From the NCBI GenBank assembly GCA_032718475.1, contig JAUCBJ010002094.1:8367-72366 (forward strand): a stretch of DNA of 64,000 nucleotides, written 5' to 3'. This document shows, in pieces, positions 41,301 to 53,400 of the stretch. The notes below the pieces were generated by a model. It had not been told where the DNA came from. It saw only the letters and a list, made by a program, of their open reading frames with translations, and did not search any database. The stretch's first letter is position 1; each line of letters starts with the position of its first letter. This stretch comes from Nemertoderma westbladi. Lineage: Eukaryota > Animalia > Xenacoelomorpha. Both the position numbers and the translations under genes were made by a program.

Positions 41301-44300
41301 GACATGGATTTAATACTTCATTATGTTCATGAAATAGCTGAGATATTTGAGGTGAATTATTGTATTATGAGTCAACTTCAGCTCTAGTCACTTTGGCAAT
41401 ACGATGAAACTATAATAAATATTCTAGAACACAACAATATTAACAGGGAGATAGGCTACTTATCTCTCCACTCAGACAGCCATAGATAGGGGGTGTTCCA
41501 ATGCAATCAAAATTCATCCATCTCCAGCGGAAAGACGTAGCAAATAACAGCTGATTACTGCTATAAATGTAAGTGTTACCTGTTCTTTTGACGTTCATTT
41601 AAGATTCTCTATCTCGTGGAGTGGGATAGAAGTTATAAATATGAAAATCGATATGGTTTTTGTAAAAAATCAGAGGATATTTTGATAAATTATTGCAGAA
41701 AAACACCAAGGATTTTGACATGGCTTTAATACTTCATTATGTTCATGAAATAGCTGAGATATTTGAGGTGAATTATTGTATTATGAGTCAACTTCAGCTC
41801 CAGCCACTTTAGCAATACGATGAAACTATAATAAATATTCTAGAACACAACAATATTAATAGGGAGATAGGCTACTTATTTCTCAACTCAGACAGCCACA
41901 GATAGGGGGTGTTCTGACACAATCAAAATTCATCCATCTCCAGCGGAAAGACGTAGCAAATAACAGCTGATTACTGCTATAAATGTAAGTGTTACCTGTT
42001 CTTTTGACGTTCATTTAAGATTCTCTATCTCGTGGAGTGGGATAGAAGTTATAAATATGAAAATCGATATGGTTTTTGTAAAAAATCAGAGGATATTTTG
42101 ATAAATTATTGCAGAAAAACACCAAGGATTTTGACATGGCTTTAATACTTCATTATGTTCATGAAATAGCTGAGATATTTGAGGAGAATTATTGCATTAC
42201 ATAATAACTTTAGCTCCAGCCACTTTAGCAATACGATGAAACTATAATAAATATTCTAGAACACAACAATATTAACAGGGAGATAGGCTACTTATCTCTC
42301 CTCTCAGACAGCCACAGATAGGGGGTGTTCCAACGCAATCAAAATTCATCCATCTCCAGCGGAAAGACGTAGCAAATAACAGCTGATTACTGCTATAAAT
42401 GTAAGTGTTACCTGTTCTTTTGACAAGACAAAAAATACCAAGGATTTTGACATGGATTTAATACTTCATTATGTTCATGAAATAGCTGAGATATTTGAGG
42501 TGAATTATTGTATTATGAGTCAACTTCAGCTCTAGTCACTTTGGCAATACGATGAAACTATAATAAATATTCTAGAACACAACAATATTAACAGGGAGAT
42601 AGGCTACTTATCTCTCCACTCAGACAGCCATATATAGGGGGTGTTCCAACGCAATCAAAATTCATCCATCTCCAGCGGAAAGACGTAGCAAATAACAGCT
42701 GATTACTGCTATAAATGTAAGTGTTACCTGTTCTTTTGACGTTCATTTAAGATTCTCTATCTCGTGGAGTGGGATAGAAGTTATAAATATGAAAATCGAT
42801 ATGGTTTTTGTAAAAAATCAGAGGATATTTTGATAAATTATTGCAGAAAAACATCAAGGATTTTGACATGGCTTTAATACTTCATTATGTTCATGAAATA
42901 GCTGAGATATTTGAGGTGAATTATTGCATTACATAATAACTTTAGCTCCAGCCACTTTAGCAATACGATGAAACTATAATAAATATTCTAGAACACAACA
43001 ATATTAATAGGGAGATAGGCTACTTATTTCTCAACTCAGACAGCCACAGATAGGGGGTGTTCTGACACAATCAAAATTCATCCATCTCCAGCGGAAAGAC
43101 GTAGCAAATAACAGCTGATTACTGCTATAAATGTAAGTGTTACCTGTTCTTTTGACGTTCATTTAAGATTCTCTATCTCGTGGAGTGGGATAGAAGTTAT
43201 AAATATGAAAATCGATATGGTTTTTGTAAAAAATCAGAGGATATTTTGATAAATTATTGCAGAAAAACACCAAGGATTTTGACATGGCTTTAATACTTCA
43301 TTATGTTCATGAAATAGCTGAGATATTTGAGGAGAATTATTGCATTACATAATAACTTTAGCTCCAGCCACTTTAGCAATACGATGAAACTATAATAAAT
43401 ATTCTAGAACACAACAATATTAACAGGGAGATAGGCTACTTATCTCTCCTCTCAGACAGCCACAGATAGGGGGTGTTCCAACGCAATCAAAATTCATCCA
43501 TCTCCAGCGGAAAGACGTAGCAAATAACAGCTGATTACTGCTATAAATGTAAGTGTTACCTGTTCTTTTGACGTTCATTTAAGATTCTCTATCTCGTGGA
43601 GTGGGATAGAAGTTATAAATATGAAAATTGATATGGTTTTTGAAAAAAATCAGAGGATATTTTGATAAATTATTGCAGAAAAATACCAAGGATTTTGACA
43701 TGGATTTAATACTTCATTATGTTCATGAAATAGCTGAGATATTTGAGGTGAATTATTGTATTATGAGTCAACTTCAGCTCTAGTCACTTTGGCAATACGA
43801 TGAAACTATAATAAATATTCTAGAACACAACAATATTAACAGGGAGATAGGCTACTTATCTCTCCACTCAGACAGCCATAGATAGGGGGTGTTCCAATGC
43901 AATCAAAATTCATCCATCTCCAGCGGAAAGACGTAGCAAATAACAGCTGATTACTGCTATAAATGTAAGTGTTACCTGTTCTTTTGACGTTCATTTAAGA
44001 TTCTCTATCTCGTGGAGTGGGATAGAAGTTATAAATATGAAAATCGATATGGTTTTTGTAAAAAATCAGAGGATATTTTGATAAATTATTGCAGAAAAAC
44101 ACCAAGGATTTTGACATGGCTTTAATACTTCATTATGTTCATGAAATAGCTGAGATATTTGAGGTGAATTATTGTATTATGAGTCAACTTCAGCTCCAGC
44201 CACTTTAGCAATACGATGAAACTATAATAAATATTCTAGAACACAACAATATTAATAGGGAGATAGGCTACTTATTTCTCAACTCAGACAGCCACAGATA

Positions 44301-46291
44301 GGGGGTGTTCTGACACAATCAAAATTCATCCATCTCCAGCGGAAAGACGTAGCAAATAACAGCTGATTATGCTATAAATGTAAGTGTTACCTGTTCTTTT
44401 GACGTTCATTTAAGATTCTCTATCTCGTGGAGTGGGATAGAAGTTATAAATATGAAAATCGATATGGTTTTTGTAAAAAATCAGAGGATATTTTGATAAA
44501 TTATTGCAGAAAAACACCAAGGATTTTGACATGGCTTTAATACTTCATTATGTTCATGAAATAGCTGAGATATTTGAGGAGAATTATTGCATTACATAAT
44601 AACTTTAGCTCCAGCCACTTTAGCAATACGATGAAACTATAATAAATATTCTAGAACACAACAATATTAACAGGGAGATAGGCTACTTATCTCTCCTCTC
44701 AGACAGCCACAGATAGGGGGTGTTCCAACGCAATCAAAATTCATCCATCTCCAGCGGAAAGACGTAGCAAATAACAGCTGATTACTGCTATAAATGTAAG
44801 TGTTACCTGTTCTTTTGACGTTCATTTAAGATTCTCTATCTCGTGGAGTGGGATAGAAGTTATAAATATGAAAATTGATATGGTTTTTGAAAAAAATCAG
44901 AGGATATTTTGATAAATTATTGCAGAAAAATACCAAGGATTTTGACATGGATTTAATACTTCATTATGTTCATGAAATAGCTGAGATATTTGAGGTGAAT
45001 TATTGTATTATGAGTCAACTTCAGCTCTAGTCACTTTGGCAATACGATGAAACTATAATAAATATTCTAGAACACAACAATATTAACAGGGAGATAGGCT
45101 ACTTATCTCTCCACTCAGACAGCCATAGATAGGGGGTGTTCCAACGCAATCAAAATTCATCCATCTCCAGCGGAAAGACGTAGCAAATAACAGCTGATTA
45201 CTGCTATAAATGTAAGTGTTACCTGTTCTTTTGACGTTCATTTAAGATTCTCTATCTCGTGGAGTGGGATAGAAGTTATAAATATGAAAATCGATATGGT
45301 TTTTGTAAAAAATCAGAGGATATTTTGATAAATTATTGCAGAAAAACACCAAGGATTTTGACATGGCTTTAATACTTCATTATGTTCATGAAATAGCTGA
45401 GATATTTGAGGTGAATTATTGCATTACATAATAACTTTAGCTCCAGCCCCTTTAGCAATACGATGAAACTATAATAAATATTCTAGAACACAACAATATT
45501 AATAGGGAGATAGGATACTTATCTCTCCTCTCAGACAGCCACAGATAGGGGGTGTTCCAACGCAATCAAAATTCATCCATCTCCAGCGGAAAGACGTAGC
45601 AAATAATAGCTGATTACTGCTATAAATGTAAGTGTTACCTGTTCTTTTGACGTTCATTTAAGATTCTCTATCTCGTGGAGTAGGATAGAAGTTATAAATA
45701 AGAAAATCGATGTGGTTTTTGAAAAAAATCAGAGGATATTTTGATAAATTATTGCAGAAAAACACCAATGATTTTGACATGGCTTTAATACTTCATTATG
45801 TTCATGAAATAGCTGAGATATTTGAGGTGAATTATTGTATTATGAGTTAACTTCAGCTCTAGTCACTTTGGCAATACGATGAAACTATAAAAAATATTCT
45901 AGAACACAACAATATTAATAGGGAGATAGGATACTTATCTCTCCACTCAGAAAGCCACAGATAGGGGGTGTTCCAACGCAATCAAAATTAATCCATCTCC
46001 AGCGGAAAGACGTAGCAATTAACAGCTGATTACTGCTATAAATGTAAGTGTTACCTGTTCTTTTGACGTTCATTTAAGATTCTCTATCTCGTGGAGTGGG
46101 ATAGAAGTTATAAATATGAAAATCGATATGGTTTTTGTAAAAAATCAGAGGATATTTTGATAAATTATTGCAGAAAAACACCAAGGATTTTGACATGGCT
46201 TTAATACTTCATTATGTTCATGAAATAGCTGAGATATTTGAGGTGAATTATTGCATTACATAATAACTTTAGCTCCAGCCACTTTAGCAAT
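38370..46291 (-). repeat. ~416-bp satellite, reverse orientation, with a ~2.4-kb 6-monomer higher-order repeat
   Basis: Diagnostic CCAATGCAAT variant at ~39101, ~41498 and ~43894. The 316-bp monomer junction occurs at ~40024 and ~42421 (period ~2397). Confidence 0.95.
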
Positions 46292-46400
46292 GATTATAAT
46301 AAGAAAATATATTAGCCAAATATAGTAGATATAAAACACCTTATAGCACAAAGTACAAATTGCACCACTCTAAAGGGCCCAACACCAAGCGGGGGGGAGA

Positions 46401-49400
46401 TCAATACCGATCCGATAGGTCAGATCCCCGTAAACCTGCGCCGTCCCCAAATCCAAGACCCCGCCACGGCCGACGACCACCGCGCAGACAGAGTGAGTTG
46501 GAACGGAGTAAGGAAAACTGGAGGCGCCTCCGAACTCCACCCAAGACACAGGCGAGGCCGCGTTCCCTCATGCTTTGCCGTCGCGAGACTAAGGTCTCGG
46601 CGAGGTGGCGAATAAGGATTTCGGCCTCCTTGCACCACACCCCGTCGGTGGTTCCGACTAGTGGGGTGAAGGAGATCCGACGATCCTCACACACCGCGCC
46701 ATAGTGGACCTTCTTAGCACGGACCCTCTGCTGGAGGACGGAGTCTAGAGACCGATTAACGTATGAGGGGGCGTCAGCGTTAACAATCGCAATGTCGAAA
46801 GACGCCACCCTCTGTTCGGCCCAAACTCCCCTCGCCAGGAGGTCCGCCCTTACACCACCCACCTCGCGGCCATGTCTATCCAGGTAGCCGGTGGCCAGCG
46901 TGACCTCACGCTGGACACACGACCCCCCGAACGCTGTCGCTATCAAGTCCCCGAACACCTCCCGCACCTCGTCGTGACGCCTAATAATAAGCCCACCCGA
47001 CTTACAGTTCAGGGCGTGCGAGGTCGTAAAAGGTCCCCCACACCCCTCGCAGCTCGCTGGCAGACTAGGTGGCGTCATTCCGTACCTCAGATTGAGGTTG
47101 TCGCGGAACACCTCCGGGTCCAGATCGGTGTGATCAACAATGGAGGGCTGCGCAGACAACCACCCACCTGTCTTGTGGGTGACAGTTCTCTCTACTGTAC
47201 GACGCCGTCCAGTTGGGACGCCAAGGAGAGCGGACTCCTGCCTCGCCTTGTACAAGGCGTCCTGGGAGATGCGGCTCGCAGCCAAGGCGGAGGCGAGGCA
47301 CGCGGCGTGGTCTGCTACCTGAAGTGGGCGTCCGTTCAATAAAGCGTCCACAACCCCCACAGTCCCTGCAATCGAAGCTTCCCGGGCAGGTCCCTGTCGC
47401 ATCAACGGGTCCCGGGTCCCGATGCCGCCATGACGAACCGGAAGAAGGACCAACTCCTCGTCGACCGTACCCGGAAGAGTTCCGAACACAGCCGGAATGA
47501 ACTTGGCCAACAAAGCCTCCCGGATCGGCGCCAGGTCTCTCTCCTCTGTCTCCACCACACGAAGCAGAAAATCCCACTCTGCCTGGAGACACCGGCTCAT
47601 ACCTGTATGGGCAGTCTGGGGGTATTCCACTGCCACCTCTGCCAGGCACTCAATGCTCCTGACCCAACCCCGCCACCTTCTCCGCTATAAAGTCTCTGAG
47701 ACCCTGAGCCTCCCCGACATACCCACCCAGGAAGCGCTGTCCAGAAACTATTTGGACTCCCGAGTCCCCAAACACCTCCTGCGCCCTCTGCGAGAACTCG
47801 GGTTTCACCACCAAGTAACTCTTTGTTGGCTGAGGGTTGTATCCGATACGAGGCCCACAGCGTAGCAGCTCAGTCCACCAACACCAAACATCGGGTACAG
47901 AACCAGCAGATGAAGCATCATCTGCATACCAACACTGGGTCTGACCGAGGGCAGGTGGCGAAATGGAACCGGGTTGAGCCGAAGTGGCAGAACCGGATTG
48001 AGTTGAAGTGGCAGAACCGGGTTGAGTCGGTGCGGCAGAACCGGGTTGAGTCGGTGTGGCGGAACCAGGTTGAGTTGTTGCGGCGGAACTGAGTTGAGTT
48101 GGTGTCGCGGAACCGGGTTGAGTCGATGTGGCAGAACCAGGTTGAGTCATTGTGGCAGACCCGGGTTGAGTTGGTGTGGCGAAACCGGATTGAGACGGTG
48201 TGGCAGAACCGGATTGAGTCAGAGTGGCGGAACCGGGTTGAGTCGGTGTGGCGGAACCGGGTTGAGTCGGTGTGGCGGAACCGGGTTGAGCCAAAGTGAC
48301 GGAACCTGGTTGAGACATTGTGGCGGATCCGGGTTGAGTCAATGTGGCGGAACCGGGTTGAGTCGATGTGACGGAACCGGGTTGGGTCGGTGTGGCGGAA
48401 CCGGGTTGAGTCGGTGTGGCGGAACCGGGTTGAGTCGATGTGACGAAACCGGGTTGAGTCAGTGTGGCGGAACTGGGTTGAGTCGGTGTGGCGAATCCGG
48501 GTTGACTTTGTGTGTCGGAACCGGGTTGAGTCGGTGTGGCGGAGCCGGGTTGAGTCGGTGTGGTGAAACCGGATTGAGTCGGAGTGGCGCAACCGGGTTG
48601 TGTTGCCGCCAATGGGGACTCCCGGACACCAAACTCACGCAAAGACCGTACCATGGGAAGCGTCCCACAGCCATATCCCAGCATGGCTACCGGGTCACCC
48701 TGAGTGTACCCCTCCGCACTCCACAACGGGCTGTCTGACCCTTGAAGATAAAGAGCGGCGTGTCCATTGTAAGCGTTATAGAGGTAGCGAGAGCAACGGT
48801 GCCAATACACACGCGAATTCCATAATGCCACCGGGCGGCTCAGACAGTTGAATGCATTGGAAGCATCGACTAACAACATACACTCCGTCGTCTCATGTTT
48901 GTACATCGACGTCATCGCGTGAATGGCACCTTCGATTCCTGCTTTAACCCCCGCACAAAGCTGATTAGCCCCACACTCCATAATGAAATCCGTTTTAGTG
49001 ATGTTAGTGACACAATTAGTTAGTAATCGGTACAAAACCTCACCAATTCCGATAGGCCGAACCCCGGGCTTCTTGTCGATTGCGATGAGGCGGCACGCTC
49101 TAAGGGCCCGTATCTCGCCCCATGGAACCACGGTGTTGGCCAGTCGGCGGGCCAAACCAGCGACGGCTTCACGGAGACGAGCGCTGTGGGCCTCGTAGCG
49201 GGTGAGAAGCGCACTCCATAGCTCGGCGTCTCCACCGATCGGACCTGCTCCGCCTCGCAACCACCGTGAAACCTTCAGAACCGTTTGCCCCGTAATATCA
49301 ATAGCTTCAAAGGGGGGAAGCTCGTCACACAGTTCAAACGTATCGGGCGGCACATCCATCTGGGGTGGGTGTTTGGAAGCGAGAACGTCACGTACCGTAA

Positions 49401-50280
49401 CCCCTGGCGGATGACCCTCCGCCAGATCCCCGGGATCCAACACCCCTCCACAGTCTCTGTCCGTCACCGCTCGGACCGCGGACCGATTCTGTCCGGACAG
49501 GATCTTTCTATTATACCTCCTGGCCGTGTTCACAGGAGCCGAGCCGCAGTGTTTTGCGAATTTCGCATTGCAGCGCTCAGCTTCAGCTACCAATTGAGAG
49601 AATTCCTCGCGCTCCCACATGCCGACCCTACGTAGGATTGTACGACGAATATCCGGACTCCTTACCACTTCAGGATCCCGCTGAAAGGTCGTGGCAATGA
49701 AACACAGCGGACGTTCGGAAGGGCAAACACCCTCGGTCAACCGCTGAATCTCATGGGCGACCATATCCGCAACCTTCCGTCCTACATTGCCACCAGGAAC
49801 AATATATAGGTTGCCAGACAGGCGCGTGAGGCGGGCGTGTCGGGATTCCCAGACAGGGTCGGTAGAAGACCCCGGCGAGTTGAGCCAGGGACCCCCAAAG
49901 GCCGTCTCAAGACGTTCGGCCGTCGATTGTGAGGAGGACGCCATTTCCGAGGTGGACGACAAACCGGTTGCCACGCTGGCAGATAAGGAAGGACTCGGGA
50001 TGATCCATTGAGGTATCTGGGTTATGACTGCGCTAGAAAAAGAGTCAGTGTCTGACTCTGATCCGCCATCGATTCCGGCCACTCTGTCTGAGGGAGCTAC
50101 CACCGTGTCATCCACTGCGCTACCAACTGTCCCAGAATACGAATGTGGGTTTAAACATCCTCCGGTAGACATCGACGAGCACCCGGTGCACGGACGGCCT
50201 TCACGGACGCAACGACACCGGCTGGTGGGGCAGCACGCCCGTGCTGCACACTGGCAACAACGCTGGGAACTTTGTGACAT
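46401..50280 (-). CDS. CRE-type polyprotein: CXC-like Cys cluster, RT with repeat insert, CCHC, RLE; one frameshift at ~47668-47671
   Basis: CRE-like motifs LIAIDKKPGVRPIGIGEV, LVDASNAFNCL, QGDP, WYADD, RFLGGYVG, C..C......HALNC..GG..IRRHDEV, RADL, FDIAIVN, KKVHY. Removing one G joins the 886-aa and 411-aa ORFs (KVAGWVRSIECLAEVAVEYPQ). The first ATG is at 50280. Confidence 0.88.
47965..48609 (-). repeat. 24-bp coding minisatellite, ~27 units, encoding (ATPTQPGS)n
   Basis: Plus-strand unit GGAACCGGGTTGAGTCGGTGTGGC. There are 26 full octapeptides plus one degenerate unit in the RT frame. Confidence 0.97.
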
Positions 50281-50461
50281 TCCGGAAACAGCAAAACAGC
50301 AAACCAACAAACGTGGAAGTTATCAACGATATCGAAGAAAGAAACCAATTATAAAATTTATATTACACCAATAAACTCGTAAAATCGTAAAATTTGTGGT
50401 AAAGCAATAGGCCTAACTGTACAAACCAATACTATTTAGCATATTTAACATACCAATAATA

Positions 50462-53400
50462 TTTAGCAATACGATGAAACTATAATAAATATTCTAGAAC
50501 ACAACAATATTAATAGGGAGATAGGCTACTTATTTCTCAACTCAGACAGCCACAGATAGGGGGTGTTCTGACACAATCAAAATTCATCTATCTCCAGCGG
50601 AAAGACGTAGCAAATAACAGCTGATTACTGCTAGAAATGTAAGTGTTACCTGTTCTTTTGACGTTCATTTAAGATTCTCTATCTCGTGGAGTGGGATAGA
50701 AGTTATAAATATGAAAATCGATATGGTTTTTGTAAAAAATCAGAGGATATTTTGATAAATTATTGCAGAAAAACACCAATGATTTTGACATGGCTTTAAT
50801 ACTTCATTATGTTCATGAAATAGCTGAGATATTTGAGGAGAATTATTGCATTACATAATAACTTTAGCTCCAGCCACTTTAGCAATACGATGAAACTATA
50901 ATAAATATTCTAGAACACAACAATATTAACAGGGAGATAGGCTACTTATCTCTCCTCTCAGACAGCCACAGATAGGGGGTGTTCCAACGCAATCAAAATT
51001 CATCCATCTCCAGCGGAAAGACGTAGCAAATAACAGCTGATTACTGCTATAAATGTAAGTGTTACCTGTTCTTTTGACGTTCATTTAAGATTCTCTATCT
51101 CGTGGAGTGGAATAGAAGTTATAAATATGAAAATTGATATGGTTTTTGAAAAAAATCAGAGGATATTTTGATAAATTATTGCAGAAAAATACCAAGGATT
51201 TTGACATGGATTTAATACTTCATTATGTTCATGAAATAGCTGAGATATTTGAGGTGAATTATTGTATTATGAGTCAACTTCAGCTCTAGTCACTTTGGCA
51301 ATACGATGAAACTATAATAAATATTCTAGAACACAACAATATTAACAGGGAGATAGGCTACTTATCTCTCCACTCAGACAGCCATAGATAGGGGGTGTTC
51401 CAACGCAATCAAAATTCATCCATCTCCAGCGGAAAGACATAGCAAATAACAGCTGATTACTGCTATAAATGTAAGTGTTACCTGTTCTTTTGACAAGACA
51501 AAAAATACCAATGATTTTGACATGGATTTAATACTTCATTATGTTCATGAAATAGCTGAGATATTTGAGGTGAATTATTGTATTATGAGTCAACTTCAGC
51601 TCTAGTCACTTTGGCAATACGATGAAACTATAATAAATATTCTAGAAAAACAATATTAACAGGGAGATAGGCTACTTATCTCTCCACTCAGACAGCCATA
51701 GATAGGGGGTGTTCCAACGCAATCAAAATTCATCCATCTCCAGCGGAAAGACGTAGCAAATAACAGCTGATTACTGCTATAAATGTAAGTGTTACCTGTT
51801 CTTTTGACGTTCATTTAAGATTCTCTATCTCGTGGAGTGGGATAGAAGTTATAAATAAGAAAATCGATGTGGTTTTTGAAAAAAATCAGAGGATATTTTG
51901 ATAAATTATTGCAGAAAAACACCAATGATTTTGACATGGCTTTAATACTTCATTATGTTCATGAAATAGCTGAGATATTTGAGGTGAATTATTGTATTAT
52001 GAGTTAACTTCAGCTCTAGTCACTTGGGCAATACGAAGAAACTATAAAAAATATTCTAGAACACAACAATATTAATAGGGAGATAGGATACTTATCTCTC
52101 CACTCAGAAAGCCACAGATAGGGGGTGTTCCAACGCAATCAAAATTCATCTATCTCCAGCGGAAAGACGTAGCAAATAACAGCTGATTACTGCTATAAAT
52201 GTAAGTGTTACCTGTTCTTTTGACGTTCATTTAAGATTCTCTATCTCGTGGAGTGGGATAGAAGTTATAAATATGAAAATTGATATGGTTTTTGAAAAAA
52301 ATCAGAGGATATTTTGATAAATTATTGCAGAAAAATACCAAGGATTTTGACATGGATTTAATACTTCATTATGTTCATGAAATAGCTGAGATATTTGAGG
52401 TGAATTATTGTATTATGAGTCAACTTCAGCTCTAGTCACTTTGGCAATACGATGAAACTATAATAAATATTCTAGAACACAACAATATTAACAGGGAGAT
52501 AGGCTACTTATCTCTCCACTCAGACAGCCACAGATAGGGGGTGTTCCAACGCAATCAAAATTCATCAATCTCCAGCGGAAAGACGTAGCAAATAACAGCT
52601 GATTACTGCTATAAATGTAAGTGTTACCTGTTCTTTTGACGTTCATTTAAGATTCTCTATCTCGTGGAGTGGGATAGAAGTTATAAATATGAAAATCGAT
52701 ATGGTTTTTGTAAAAAATCAGAGGATATTTTGATAAATTATTGCAGAAAAACACCAAGGATTTTGACATGGCTTTAATACTTCATTATGTTCATGAAATA
52801 GCTGAGATATTTGAGGAGAATTATTGCATTACAGAATAACTTTAGCTCCAGCCACTTTAGCAATACGATGAAACTATAATAAATATTCTAGAACACAACA
52901 ATATTAACAGGGAGATAGGCTAATAATCTCTCCTCTCAGACAGCCACAGATAGGGGGTGTTCCAACGCAATCAAAATTCATCCATCTCCAGCGGAAAGAC
53001 GTAGCAAATAACAGCTGATTACTGCTATAAATGTAAGTGTTACCTGTTCTTTTGACAAGACAAAAAATACCAAGGATTTTGACATGGATTTAATACTTCA
53101 TTATGTTCATGAAATAGCTGAGATATTTGAGGTGAATTATTGTATTATGAGTCAACTTCAGCTCTAGTCACTTTGGCAATACGATGAAACTATAATAAAT
53201 ATTCTAGAACACAACAATATTAACAGGGAGATAGGCTACTTATCTCTCCACTCAGACAGCCATATATAGGGGGTGTTCCAACGCAATCAAAATTCATCCA
53301 TCTCCAGCGGAAAGACATAGCAAATAACAGCTGATTACTGCTATAAATGTAAGTGTTACCTGTTCTTTTGACGTTCATTTAAGATTCTCTATCTCGTGGA

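Larger units (their letters stand above)
46292..50461 (-). mobile_element. Apparently full-length CRE-clade (RLE-type) non-LTR retrotransposon, 4170 bp, 9-bp TSD
   Basis: TSD TTTAGCAAT at 46283-46291 and 50462-50470. One long ORF with RT and a C-terminal CCHC plus restriction-like endonuclease. Short AT-rich UTRs and no poly-A. Confidence 0.9.

Noticed and set aside
47965-48609. 24-bp repeat as a CRISPR array, intein or ice-nucleation protein
   Set aside because: There are no unique spacers or cas genes, no intein terminal residues or motifs, and the unit lacks the AGYGST consensus.
47823-48851. Alternative-frame repeat ORFs (RFRHTDST, SRCGGTGL, WRNRVESV)
   Set aside because: By-products of a 24-bp unit with few stop codons. 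Only the ATPTQPGS frame is continuous with RT motifs.
46360-50374. Many plus-strand ORFs over the CRE element, and antisense ORFs over the RTE and hAT
   Set aside because: Shadow ORFs of GC-richer coding sequence with no motifs.
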